From NCBI GenBank assembly GCA_963775685.1, contig CAVZJV010000014.1, forward strand, positions 384,001 to 448,000: a DNA stretch of 64,000 nt, in the 5' to 3' direction. The translations under genes and the position numbers were made by a program. Positions 31,530-43,613 of the stretch are shown one piece after another; position 1 is the stretch's first letter; the number at the start of each line of letters is the position of its first letter. This DNA comes from Candidatus Bathyarchaeota archaeon. Lineage in GTDB: Archaea > Thermoproteota > Bathyarchaeia > Bathyarchaeales > Bathycorpusculaceae. The notes below the pieces were generated by a model. The model worked only from the letters and a program-made list of their open reading frames with translations, did not search any database and was not told the origin of the DNA.

Positions 31530-32239
31530 ACGAAGTTATTAGAATAATTCAAGAGAGACAATCAGCAAGGGTACCCTTTGATCCGAATCGAAAAGTATCT
31601 AAACAAAACCTTCAACAAATTTTGGAGGCAGCCCGATGGACACCTACAGCTCACAACATGCAAAACTTTGAGGTAGTGGTCGTTGATGACTTTGAGGTTT
31701 TAGGGATAATTGGATCTGTGAAATCCTGTATTTCAGAGGTCTTTCTTAGGGAAAATTATGAGCAGCTTTCATTCTCAAAGGAAGAGTTGATTAAAAAGAA
31801 AACAGGCATTTTAGGCTCCACGTTTCCTCAGGCGTGGGTGGATCCTTCTAAAATGGCGGAAGCCGCCCGTGATAGTATGCCTATGCCGATGACCCAGTCA
31901 ATTCGCGGAAGTCCTTGCCTATTGATTGTGGTTTACGACCCTCGGAAGAGGGCGCCTGCATCTGAAGGAGACGTTTTGGGATTCATAAGTATAGGCTGTG
32001 TCATGGAGAACATGTGGCTAATGGCTCAATCCTTAGGAATTAGCTTACAGATTCTGAGTTCTTTTGCCGCGCCACCAGTAGAGGAACAAGTAAAGAAGAT
32101 ATTGGGCATTCCTGAACCGTTAAAGATCGCATACACCTGCCGCTTAGGTTATCCAACAGGGGCGTCCAAGTATCTCAGGGTACGCAGGGAGATAGCAGAT
32201 TTTGCCCATTATAACAAGTTTGGAAACAAAGGCAAATAG
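31526..32239 (+). CDS. nitroreductase family protein
   Basis: RQSAR..ILEAARWTPTAHNMQ..ENMWLMA..LGYP. Confidence 0.9.
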   Translation: MNEVIRIIQERQSARVPFDPNRKVSKQNLQQILEAARWTPTAHNMQNFEVVVVDDFEVLGIIGSVKSCISEVFLRENYEQLSFSKEELIKKKTGILGSTFPQAWVDPSKMAEAARDSMPMPMTQSIRGSPCLLIVVYDPRKRAPASEGDVLGFISIGCVMENMWLMAQSLGISLQILSSFAAPPVEEQVKKILGIPEPLKIAYTCRLGYPTGASKYLRVRREIADFAHYNKFGNKGK

Positions 32240-32758
32240 AAAGAACGCCTATTGCTTCTTTCTCTCTGAAATATTTACCGTTTCTTTGGTTCCAACATTC
32301 AACTATTGTTTGATTACACATTCGCTTAATTTCGAGAAGCTAAATTTTTTTCTAAAAGTAAAAGAGCGATAACTAACACAATAAGGCATGAGTAATCAGA
32401 TTTTGAAAAATCCTTCAATTGCAGAACAAAACCACCTGCTCTTGCAAAAATGAACCAGCTTTTTTTGAGCTGGTTATGTTGTTTAGGCTTTGCAAAGTTT
32501 GTAGGTTGAGGCTAGAAAAGGTGCGGAAAGGAGAATATATTAAGTGCTCCCCTGGGCCGTTAAGATTTAGATGGGGTTTTTTAAATCTGAAGATTGCTTG
32601 GGGTTTTGCTCTCCACGAATATTTTTCCTTTGATTTTACATCATAAATCTGTAATGTTTTTTGAGGATTTTTCGGTGAACTGGTAAGGCAGGGCTGTCAG
32701 CGGCGATACAACTACCTTCTTTATTTGTGCTATAAGCAAAAGAGCAAAAAAGAAATGC

Positions 32759-32962
32759 TTATTCTTTTTCTTCTTCTTTGATTTCGCACTGCAGCTTCTT
32801 TATGATTTCATCTGCTCGCAAGGGCTCAATTTTTAGGGTGTAGAGTTGGCTGGGTGTGCGAAGCTTCAATTTTACGGTGTCTTTGAGACGTTTAACTTGA
32901 CATTGTTTTGCTTTGGCGCTCATGGCCACGAATTTATCAACATCAGTAATTTCAGATGGCAT
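32759..32962 (-). CDS. rpl38e: 50S ribosomal protein eL38 (L38e)
   Basis: MPSEITD..F..VKR..VKLKLRT..LYTL pattern of L38e. Confidence 0.8.
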   Translation of the reverse strand: MPSEITDVDKFVAMSAKAKQCQVKRLKDTVKLKLRTPSQLYTLKIEPLRADEIIKKLQCEIKEEEKE

Positions 32963-33151
32963 AGATTTATCCTCTTATGTTAGTTCGTTGAGATGGATGC
33001 AAAGCCACGTTTTTATCTGTTTTGGTGCAACATGTGATTCCCATGGAAAACTGTAGGTTATTGCAACTCTTATATTCAATCAGCATTCAATATAACATAT
33101 AATAAAAAGTTAGGCCAAAAAAATGCTTAATTTATTGGGGAAGCAAAGCGG

Positions 33152-34387
33152 ATGAAACAAGTACACATCCTCTCACTTGTTCTGATCGTAATTCTACTTT
33201 CTGCTTCCGCAGCATTGCTTGTTTCATACTCCCTGAACAGTAACACCGAAAAAAACCCCGTTTATGTTGGTGTCGCTTTCGGCGGCGACACCATAGCTCA
33301 AGCCAAACTTATCATCGATAGAACAAAAAGTTACACCAATCTCTTCATCTTAGACTCAGGCATAAACCCAATAAGCACGAACGAAACAGCAGCAAGAGAA
33401 ATCTGCGATTATGCCGTGAACGCTGGCTTAAACATCATAATAAACATGGGCTCTTGGACTCCAAACAACTGGCCTTGGCAAATTCAATTCTTAAACACAT
33501 CCCGAGCCATCTACGACGACAAGTTCCTTGGTGCCTACTACGATGATGAACCAGGAGGAATACCTCTTGATTGGAACTGGACAAAACAATTTGCTGAAAA
33601 CAGACTGGTCTTTGGCCCAAACGGAACAGCAAATCCGCTCAGCTTAAATCCGATCTATAATAAAATTCAACTTGCAAACAAAACAGGAACCCAACCGGAA
33701 GACTACACCGTAGAAGCACAATGGTTCAATCAGCTTCTGGAGCGAAACAGAGGACACACCGATCTCAAAAGATACAACATCACAAGCTTCACATCAGACT
33801 ATGCACTATACTGGTTTGACTACATTGGAGGATATGATACTCTTTTTGCTCAGTTAGGTTGGAACGATAGTGTTAATGAGCAAATTGCCCTTCTCCGTGG
33901 AGCAGCTACCATGCAAAACAAAGATTGGGGCGCAATTATCACTTGGAAATATAATGAGGCGCCTTACCTCGACAATGGCATAAACATCTACGACCAGATG
34001 GAAACAGCCTATAGTGCTGGGGCACAATACATCACAATCTTTGACTATCCCTACAACGCAACCGATAACCCATACGGCACCATGACTGATGAGCATTTCC
34101 AAGCGCTCCAAAAATTCTGGAACCAAATTGCAAAAAAGTCATCTCCCAACTTTGTCCACGCAGAAGCTGCTTTGGTTTTGCCCAAAGACTATGGCTGGGG
34201 TATGAGAAATCCAACTGATAAGATTTGGGGCTTTTGGGGTCCAGATGACAAATCACCCATAATTTGGAATGTCACCCAAACGCTTCTAAGCCAGTATGGC
34301 TCTCGCCTGGATATTATTTACGATGACCCTGCATTCCCAATAGAGGGTAACTATTCAAAAGTCTACTATTGGAACCAAACAATCTAG
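33152..34387 (+). CDS. secreted hypothetical protein, possibly glycoside-hydrolase-like TIM barrel
   Basis: Signal anchor; GAYYDDEPGG, TSDYALYWFDY, AYSAGA. Confidence 0.65.
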   Translation: MKQVHILSLVLIVILLSASAALLVSYSLNSNTEKNPVYVGVAFGGDTIAQAKLIIDRTKSYTNLFILDSGINPISTNETAAREICDYAVNAGLNIIINMGSWTPNNWPWQIQFLNTSRAIYDDKFLGAYYDDEPGGIPLDWNWTKQFAENRLVFGPNGTANPLSLNPIYNKIQLANKTGTQPEDYTVEAQWFNQLLERNRGHTDLKRYNITSFTSDYALYWFDYIGGYDTLFAQLGWNDSVNEQIALLRGAATMQNKDWGAIITWKYNEAPYLDNGINIYDQMETAYSAGAQYITIFDYPYNATDNPYGTMTDEHFQALQKFWNQIAKKSSPNFVHAEAALVLPKDYGWGMRNPTDKIWGFWGPDDKSPIIWNVTQTLLSQYGSRLDIIYDDPAFPIEGNYSKVYYWNQTI

Positions 34388-34437
34388 AATCAACGATAAA
34401 TCAAAGAAAGGGGGTCAGGTTAGAACTACTGTTTGCT

Positions 34438-34638
34438 CTATTCTTTTTTTGATCGAATGCCAAGCTTAAGGTTTACTTCGACAGTATATTCTTTTTCTGC
34501 TTTTCCAACCGCGAAGTTCCAATCTTTAACTTCAACTTCCATATCCTTAAATTGGCTAACGATTGCATCCTTGTACTCTTGAGCGGTTTGCCCAATTTTC
34601 TGTAACTTCTCGGTAATATTAACTGATGTTTCAGACAT
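34438..34638 (-). CDS. small hypothetical protein
   Basis: MSETSVNITEKL.. preceded by GGAGGTG RBS. Confidence 0.6.
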   Translation of the reverse strand: MSETSVNITEKLQKIGQTAQEYKDAIVSQFKDMEVEVKDWNFAVGKAEKEYTVEVNLKLGIRSKKE

Positions 34639-34804
34639 AAATTGCACCTCCCAAAGAAAGATTAACTCTGTTAAAAGCATCAAGGGTTTTCTGCTTTTAA
34701 AAATTTGTGACTGTACAGGCACAACAGCAAACCAAAGGATCGCTTAGTTGCTTTAAAAGCAGTCTAGATTTAAGGTTAAACGGTAAATAGGCAACAGATA
34801 AAGA

Positions 34805-34822
34805 GACTTTTTACACAGTCTG
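34805..34822 (-). mobile_element. isolated IS1182-like terminal repeat
   Basis: Reverse complement CAGACTGTGTAAAAAGTC, similar to ends at 50951, 52946 and 53295. Confidence 0.4.
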
Positions 34823-34854
34823 AAACAGGTTCAAGTCCATTTTAGAACCTTTGA

Positions 34855-35562
34855 TTAAACTTGATAGTATTGCCTCAATGGGTTTTGGGGGTCCGTCGCC
34901 AACTTTACAGATGACGGAACCACAACGCTGGGCCAATCTGCTTCGAGTTTGCGCTCAACGTCATCAACATTGATGCGGTGTATATGAAGAGCATACTTCA
35001 TCGCTTGGTCCTGCGGGTTCTCAAGCTCAAGCATTCGCTTAAGGCTTAAGTGCTCAAAGATTCTTCTAATCGGGCGCATTGAATTGCCATGGCACGAGAT
35101 AGCTATATTACCCGGCTTCAGCTTAAGCCACATTTCAAGCTGCACAACAAAGGGCAAAGTGCGGCTTTCAACCATTTTGAGGCTTTCACCGTCTGGAGGC
35201 GGAAAATCGTAACCTCGATGAACTTTGGCAAACCACTTAGGTTTTTCGGCTTCTATCTCAATCTTGCTTTTGCCCTGCAACGTGCCATAACAACGTTCTA
35301 TCAGGCGGTCGTCTATGAAAACGGGAACGTTAAGGTGGGGTTTAAGGACAATTTCAAGGGTTCTTTTGGCCCTTAAAAGATGCGATGTAAATGCATAATC
35401 AATTTTTTCTTGTTCTAGCTGTTGGGCAATCTCTTGTGCCTGTACAAGCCCTTTTGGAGTTAAGTCTGGGTCACGCCAGCCTGAGAATATTTGGTTGCTG
35501 TTGTCGGTGGTCTCAGCGTGTCTAAAGACGAACAGATTACAGATCATAATTAGTTTCACCAA
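34855..35562 (-). CDS. gpmA: 2,3-bisphosphoglycerate-dependent phosphoglycerate mutase (histidine phosphatase family)
   Basis: FRHAET..N..FSGW.D..LT, ERCYG.LQG, HGNSMR. Confidence 0.8.
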   Translation of the reverse strand: MVKLIMICNLFVFRHAETTDNSNQIFSGWRDPDLTPKGLVQAQEIAQQLEQEKIDYAFTSHLLRAKRTLEIVLKPHLNVPVFIDDRLIERCYGTLQGKSKIEIEAEKPKWFAKVHRGYDFPPPDGESLKMVESRTLPFVVQLEMWLKLKPGNIAISCHGNSMRPIRRIFEHLSLKRMLELENPQDQAMKYALHIHRINVDDVERKLEADWPSVVVPSSVKLATDPQNPLRQYYQV

Positions 35563-36950
35563 AATGTCGTCAGCGTTGAGGAGGATGCAAATTCTCTTAA
35601 CTCTTTTATTTTATGTATCTCTATTGAGTTGCTGGCGTGCTCCATAGCGGTTCTGATACCCTCGGTAAACAAGACAGTCTCTTCATCATCAACCAGATGC
35701 ATTTCATGAAGTCGGTTTGCAACTGCCAATAATCTGTCTTTTTCTTCACGGTAGTTTATCAGAACGGGGTACACACCGAATATGAGTTCTAGTTGTCTTT
35801 TGACCTTGATTTCAGGCGTAACGGCTATTATCGGCTGTGCAATTTTAAAGCGAGCTATCATTCTCGCAGTATATCCTGACCGCGTCAAAGGAATAACTTT
35901 GTGAACGGGCATGCTTTGGCTTATTCTCTGGATTGCCCTGCTAACCGTGTCCGATATGTTGACGAACGGGGTATCTTTAACGTTGCTCTTAACAGCTTTC
36001 TCTGTTTCATTCGCTATCCGGGCCATCATCTCAACGGCCTCCACAGGATACTGACCTACCGCTGTTTCACCCGAGAGCATAATGGCATCTGACCCATCAA
36101 GTATGGCGTTTGCAACATCACTTACTTCGGCTCTAGTGGGGTTAGGTTGATTAATCATCGATTCAAGCATCTCCGTTGCAGTAACAACAAGCTTACCTTT
36201 TTGATTACATAATTTGATGAGGGCTTTTTGAACCAGCGGTACCTTTTCAGGTTCAATTTCAACTGCCAAATCGCCTCTTGCTACCATTAATCCGCTGGCG
36301 GTATCTAAAATCTCTTCAACGTTTTGAACACCCTCAGAGTTCTCAATCTTGGCGATTATTCCGCCTTCAAAACCGTTGATCTGAGATAAATTTCTTACAT
36401 CTTGTGCGTTTCTTGTGAATGAAAGCGCGATGTATTCGATGTCGTATTTTTTCGCCAACCGTATAATTTCCAAGTCCTTCTCGAGGAAGGTTGGAACCGA
36501 AAGATGCTTGTTTGGAATGTTTACCCCTTTTCCATCTTCTATGATGCCGCTGTCCAGGGTTTGAAGGCGAAGTTTTCGATCTTTCTTTTCAACTACCCGC
36601 ATTCTAATTTTTCCATTGTCAACGTATACTTCGTCTTCAACACACATTTCGTCATAGAAATCATGATTGAAACTGACTTCTTCCCCGTCGAAGCCTATTT
36701 CCAAAATGTCGCCTTTACTAAAGACCTTTTGTTGAGATGCCCTGATTCTGATTTCTGGTCCCTTGACGTCAACAATTATGGGAATATCTGCAACTTCCCG
36801 AACGGTTTCTATAACGGATTGGTATTGAGCGAGATTTCCATAAGCGGTGTTTATCCTCACACCATTCATGCCTGCTTGGAACATCTTTTCAATTACTTTC
36901 TTTGAAAAGTTGGCGGGACCCAGAGTGCATATGATCTTTGTTTTCTTCAA
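35556..36950 (-). CDS. pyk: pyruvate kinase
   Basis: KTKIICTLGP, DVKGPEIR, IAKIE, MVARGDL, PTRAEVSDVANAILDGSDAIMLSGETA. Confidence 0.96.
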   Translation of the reverse strand: MKKTKIICTLGPANFSKKVIEKMFQAGMNGVRINTAYGNLAQYQSVIETVREVADIPIIVDVKGPEIRIRASQQKVFSKGDILEIGFDGEEVSFNHDFYDEMCVEDEVYVDNGKIRMRVVEKKDRKLRLQTLDSGIIEDGKGVNIPNKHLSVPTFLEKDLEIIRLAKKYDIEYIALSFTRNAQDVRNLSQINGFEGGIIAKIENSEGVQNVEEILDTASGLMVARGDLAVEIEPEKVPLVQKALIKLCNQKGKLVVTATEMLESMINQPNPTRAEVSDVANAILDGSDAIMLSGETAVGQYPVEAVEMMARIANETEKAVKSNVKDTPFVNISDTVSRAIQRISQSMPVHKVIPLTRSGYTARMIARFKIAQPIIAVTPEIKVKRQLELIFGVYPVLINYREEKDRLLAVANRLHEMHLVDDEETVLFTEGIRTAMEHASNSIEIHKIKELREFASSSTLTTFW

Positions 36951-37228
36951 AAATATCTTCTCGTTGCATATAGAATATGGCACATTCCAAGTTAAGGTTA
37001 ACGGCGAGTATTTGCGCTGCGCGCGGATTCGCACTTTAAGAAACAGTTTAGAGTAAACACTTCAAGATGCTTAAACGTGAAAGTATTGCCAAAATTCATA
37101 TCGCTTTGCTCATCGTGACCTTAATGACTCCTGCTTGTTTCACTTTGAAATGTAGCAGTGCCCTCACACTCACAACTTGTTATAAGTCTCTACACCTATC
37201 GTTCTATACTTCAGGGTGTGCCCACATT

Positions 37229-37589
37229 TTGTTCAAGACAGCCATAACCAAAAAGCAGCCCATAGAGAAACAAAAAAACCTAAACCTGCTCCACACAGTT
37301 CCATTTGAAAATGGCTTTCATTTTTTCACGGAACTCGGTAAAATTCACAGGAATTACGGCAACTAGCACTGTGGAGTTTGCCGAAAAACTCCAAACAGTA
37401 CCCATTCAATCCGTAACATTCCATTTTCAGCGTCAAGACTTTCAAAAATGGCTCAAAAACACAATTGGCGATGAAGAACTAGCTACAAGAATTAACCAAA
37501 TTAAGGCAGGGTTCCAAGATGAAAATTTGAGGAAAGCACTTTCTACAACAGTTCAAAATCGCATTGCCGAATTACAGCAACATCCCTAA
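37229..37589 (+). CDS. DUF5752 family protein (frameshift near 37340)
   Basis: VPFENGFHFFT..G + FTGITATS..EF..SVTFHF.R.DF.KW..IGDEELA. Confidence 0.7.
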
Positions 37590-37676
37590 ACATTCGTCAC
37601 GGAAGACAAAATAACAACATACCCTTTCCCATGAAAGTCAGATATAATATATTCAACATTAGGTAAGTGGAAAAAG

Positions 37677-38672
37677 ATGAAAATAGCATTTTATGAAGTA
37701 GAAGACTGGGAAGAAGAATACCTCAAAAAGAAGCTGAACGGTCACGTACTTAAGTTCTCAAATGAAAAACTAAGTTTGGAAAAAACCCCAGAAATAAAAG
37801 ATTTTGATGCCGTTTCAGTCTTCATCTACTCTAAAATAGATGAGCCAATCATTCGAGAAATTCCAAATTTGAAATTAATAACTACAAGATCCACCGGCTT
37901 TGACCATATCGATTTAGAAAAATGCAAGAAACAGGGAATTACAATCTGCAATGTTCCATCATACGGGGAGAACACTGTTGCCGAGCACACGTTTGCTTTG
38001 ATTTTGTCCTTGTCGAGAAACATGTGTAAGGCATGCATTAGACGTTTTGAACAGGATTTCTCAATAGAGGGATTAGAGGGGTTTGATTTGAAAGGAAAAA
38101 CTATAGGCGTCATTGGAACGGGTCAAATCGGTTTGCACGTCATAAGGATTGCAAAAGGCTTTGGCATGAACGTTTTAGCCTATGACGTTCGCCAAAACAA
38201 ACTCTTATCTGAGGTCTTAGGGTTTGAATATGTTACGCTTGAGGATCTTTTAGCTAGATCAGACGTAATTACTCTTCATGTACCCTACATGAAAGCCACA
38301 CATCATCTCATGAACAAAGATACATTCAAACTTGTTAAGAAAGGCGCCATTCTGATAAACACTGCAAGAGGCAGCATCGTGGACACTGAAGCATTAATCG
38401 AGGCTCTTGACAACAAAATACTGGCTGGTGCGGGTCTTGACGTTTTTGAAGGTGAAGAAGTTATAAAAGAGGAAAAACAGCTTTTATACGACCCTAAAAA
38501 CCTCGAAGTCTTGAACAGCCTAGTTAAGGATCATATTCTATTAAGCAAAGACAACGTCGTTTTTACTCCCCACATCGCTTTCTATAGCAAAGAAGCCTTA
38601 GAAAGAATACTTGAAACAACAGTGGAAAACATAGCTGCTTTCGTTTCGGGGAAACCGCAGAATGTTGTTTAA
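37677..38672 (+). CDS. D-2-hydroxyacid dehydrogenase (D-lactate dehydrogenase-like)
   Basis: RSTGFDHID, NVPSYGENTVAEH, GTGQIG, INTARG, TPHIAF. Confidence 0.9.
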   Translation: MKIAFYEVEDWEEEYLKKKLNGHVLKFSNEKLSLEKTPEIKDFDAVSVFIYSKIDEPIIREIPNLKLITTRSTGFDHIDLEKCKKQGITICNVPSYGENTVAEHTFALILSLSRNMCKACIRRFEQDFSIEGLEGFDLKGKTIGVIGTGQIGLHVIRIAKGFGMNVLAYDVRQNKLLSEVLGFEYVTLEDLLARSDVITLHVPYMKATHHLMNKDTFKLVKKGAILINTARGSIVDTEALIEALDNKILAGAGLDVFEGEEVIKEEKQLLYDPKNLEVLNSLVKDHILLSKDNVVFTPHIAFYSKEALERILETTVENIAAFVSGKPQNVV

Positions 38673-38760
38673 CCCAACGCGATATTGTAATTCGCAGAAT
38701 GCGGAGCAATTATTGGAATTTGTCGACTTGTGACATGACGAAATAAAAAATTATTGAATT

Positions 38761-40033
38761 ATGAGCGTGAATTGTTTGAGAATTGCGTTTTTTGTAATGA
38801 AATATCCACCTGCAATTGTTGGTGGATTGGGAACCTACGCTGAGTATATGACGAAGGAGTTTGTGGCTTTAGGATGGGATGTCTCTGTTTACACAGTTAA
38901 CCCTGGAAACCTAAAAATAAGAGAAATTTTGGGCGGTGTTGATATTCACAGGCCGCTCCTCGTTGAAGCTAGCAATGTATTTCCATTGTTTGTGGCAGAC
39001 GACCTTAAAAGATGGGGTACAAACATAAAATTCTTCACCGACATATTCGCTTACAATATGTTGGCAGCTGCACAAATGATAAACACCTCATAAAACAAGA
39101 GAACTACGACTACGCAGTTGTTTCCATTAACGACTGGTTGAGTAGCATAGCTGGAATAATCTGCAAGAATGAGTTGAAAATACCTGTAATATTTCATGTC
39201 CACTCAACCGAGTGGGGATGAAGCGGTGGAGAAGGCTCAGCTATAGTTAACCAGTTGGAGTCAGTGATGGCAGAAAAGGCCGATGGAATAATAACAGTAA
39301 GTCACGCAATGAAAGAAGATTTAGCTAAGCACGGTTGGCCAGAATCAAAAATACATGTGGTTTGGAACGGCGTTGATCCAGAAAAATATGCGCCTCAAAA
39401 AGGCAAGTCAGAGGATGTGCAGAAGCTCAGGCAAAAATACGGAATAGCCAAAGATGAAACCATGATAATTTTCCTATGCCGTTTGACGTGGGTGAAAGGT
39501 GTCAGGAATCTTGTTCAAGCGATGCCCATAGTCTTAGCTGAATATCCAAAAGCAAAGCTGGTTATACTTGGAAAGGGCGAAGAGCAGCGAGACATAACAG
39601 AACTTGCTGACCGACTTGGCATAAGCAAAAACTTAGTTTACTGCTTGGAGTTCGTGCCTGAAGACGAGCGGATTTTGCATTATGCAGCTTCTGACTTGTG
39701 CGTTTTCCTTTCTGTTTACGAGCCTTTTGATAGGTATAGTAAGCTTGGAAGCCATGTCTATGGGAAAACCCATAGTGGTCGGCGCCAAGGGTGTGGTTGG
39801 ATTCCGTGAGCAAGTCATGCCAGCCGGTCCAATGCAAAACGGCGTTCACGTAGATGGTGGGCAACCCAGTGGACATTGCGTGGGAAATCAATGAGGTACT
39901 TAAAGACCCGCAAAGAGCAAAAATTTGGGGCGAAAACGATCGCAAAAGAGTGATAGAGTATTTTACTTGGAGAAAAGCTGCCGAACAAACACTAGATATT
40001 TACAAATCACTTATTGAACTTAGCTCAAACTAA
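38761..40033 (+). pseudogene. GT4 glycosyltransferase pseudogene (paralogue of 53531..54781)
   Basis: YPPAIVGGLG, HSTEWG* in-frame stop, several frameshifts. Confidence 0.85.
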
Positions 40034-40074
40034 CCTTCTGGTATTTCGAGAAATCATTGCATCTCTAAAAATAT

Positions 40075-41343
<1,269 letters not shown>

Positions 41344-41858
41344 TGTCTCACCTTTGATGCGTAAGATTGATGTGGTTTTGTAACTTTTATCTTTTTGACA
41401 CTTCGCACACTTTGTCTTGTTTCAAGTAAATAGTTGACTGACTAGTAGCCTGGAGTCGGTCTTCTAACTCTTTTCTTATGTTAAGTATTCAATGTCAGGA
41501 ACATTGTTCGATTTTTGGTTAAAGGACCCATTTATTGTACAAATAAACGCAACATACGTCGATGAGGATAATGTTCCTGTAAGCTATTATTGTGATTTTA
41601 AGTCGTATGCTATGTTTTTAGCATATTTTGGGCGGGGTGATCTTTAGAGTCAATCTGCGTAATTGACACTTAAGGCGTTTAAGCCAATACACATATAAGT
41701 GTGTAAACACATAACATCTTATGTTGATAAGCCGATAACTGAATTTGGTGAATGAAAAATGATTACAAATATAGAATTAGTCGTTTGGCAACTCACCCAT
41801 TGGAAAGATGCTTGACACGTGAAATCGTGCACAAAACTCTAAAATGGATGATTTGAAT

Positions 41859-42004
41859 ATGGGCCGAATCAGCGTGGATTTACCTGATGAGTTGGAAAAA
41901 GCAGCTCAGATTGAAAACAATAGCAAAGATTTGGCGGGAAAAAAGGAGACCTATCGCGCGCTATCGAAGAAGCAGTAAAAACGTGGGTAGTCAAAAAAGA
42001 ATAA
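41859..42004 (+). pseudogene. ribbon-helix-helix DNA-binding protein (frameshifted)
   Basis: MGRISVDLPDELEK / QLRLKTI / RFGGKKGDLSRAIEEAVKTW across frames. Confidence 0.7.
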
Positions 42005-42238
42005 ACCATAGCTCCCCGTCAACTCCCAATGACTCTTTTTTGAATACCCTTTCAGGGGTTAGCATTAGGGAAAGCCAGCCAGTCCTTGACACTTGAAGGC
42101 TTAGATCGCATGAGGGTGCTAGTAGCTGTGGTCCCCTGTTTTGGAATGTGTGATGAAAAAGTTCTGATTTCTGCCTTGATAACTAAAGTTACATATTACG
42201 AACTCATGTCAAATAATTAGTTTGATGGGGGTGAAACG

Positions 42239-42397
42239 TTGGTTGATAGAAATAAAAATTTGGAGCTTGTCTTCGTCGACAAAGAGAACAAGTCTTACAC
42301 GTTAGCCGAAGTTGACAGTAGAGAGCTAGCGAAAGGTCTTGAAAAAATCTCCCAAGAAATTGCAAAAAGACTCCAGTTGCAGAAAGAACAACGATAA
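42239..42397 (+). CDS. 52-aa small protein upstream of Hsp20 (below ORF-track cutoff)
   Basis: GGGGGTG RBS then TTG; MVDRNKNLELVFVDKENKSYTLAEVDSRELAKGLEKISQEIAKRLQLQKEQR. Confidence 0.5.
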   Translation: MVDRNKNLELVFVDKENKSYTLAEVDSRELAKGLEKISQEIAKRLQLQKEQR

Positions 42398-42440
42398 CGC
42401 AGATTAGAATTCCAATAACAAGTTAATCGAGGTGAAAAAA

Positions 42441-43009
42441 ATGAGTAATGAAGAAAAAAAGACTCCGGTGAAAGCAATCGCAAAAGTTAACATTGCAGCA
42501 AAACCCGTAAAACATGTTCCAGCTATAAAAAAAATAGAGTAACACGTTCCACCAAACACGTTCCAGCAGTTCATGTTCTGACGACTTTTGACGATTTAAT
42601 GGATGATTTTCGCAGAAATTTCTTTGAAAGTGTAGCTTCTCCATATGAATGGGTAAGTTTTGAACCCATTGTTCCGGTTCGTGAGGCAACTGTTGATCTG
42701 GTTGATGAAGAAAACAGATTTGTAGTGCACGCTGAATTGCCCGGCGTAGCAAAAGACAAGATAGACGTAAGTCTTACCCAGCATGGCATCGAAATTTCAG
42801 CTGAGACAGACGTTGAAACAGAAGACAAAGAGAAGAACTTTGTTGTCAGAGAACGCGTTTACTCGCACGTTTACAAACAGCTGTCGTTCCCCGAAGAAGT
42901 AATCCCCGAGCAAGCTGAATCCACATTTAGGGACGGATTACTTGAAGTCAGTGTCCCAAAGAAGACGATTGCACCTGTACCTAAAAAGCACAAAGTCGCA
43001 GTGAAATAG
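42441..43009 (+). CDS. Hsp20/alpha-crystallin small heat shock protein (N-terminal frameshift in A8 run near 42530)
   Basis: VDLVDE..AELPGV.KD.IDV..ER..F..GLLEV.VPK; GAGGTG RBS before 42441. Confidence 0.9.
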
Positions 43010-43069
43010 TTGTTATAAAGCGGAGCCTTTTTATGCTCAATAACTATCTCCTGCACTATTTTTGGGAAA

Positions 43070-43591
43070 TCACACCTGACGTGCGTTAGAGAAACCAGTA
43101 GCCTCGTACTCACCACCATAGTTGATGTAGTGCTCTGCAAGTTGCTTATCTTTTGTCCTAGGATCCGAACCGTTGCACATTTGAACAAACGTATTCCGCA
43201 ACATCATAACTCCTTCACTTGATATCTTAAAGGGCAACTCATTCCGCTCATACGCAGCCAATATTGATGACACACCATCTATGTACATTCTATTTTCCAA
43301 AATGTTTTCGCGTTTTTTCCTATATGCTTTGAACGAACTTGAAACCGTACTGCTTGTGATTTGATCAATACAGTCATTGCACACATGTAGTCTGTCACCC
43401 TTTTCGTTTCTGATGACTGAAACATCAAAAATAGGATAATTACCGCAAACATCACATTTCATATGCTGCGCTGAAGCAAAATTATCTATTAAACAATATG
43501 TTTTCCCTTTATATAGAAAAGACCCCCCGATCTCGATGCATTTAGGGATAGTTCGGCTCAACGTCAGCAAAACACCATAAGTTTTTGTCAA
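43070..43591 (-). CDS. hypothetical zinc-finger protein
   Basis: CDVC...CNDC. Confidence 0.55.
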   Translation of the reverse strand: MTKTYGVLLTLSRTIPKCIEIGGSFLYKGKTYCLIDNFASAQHMKCDVCGNYPIFDVSVIRNEKGDRLHVCNDCIDQITSSTVSSSFKAYRKKRENILENRMYIDGVSSILAAYERNELPFKISSEGVMMLRNTFVQMCNGSDPRTKDKQLAEHYINYGGEYEATGFSNARQV

Positions 43592-43613
43592 TTTGCCTAT
43601 CAGTCACACCAGT

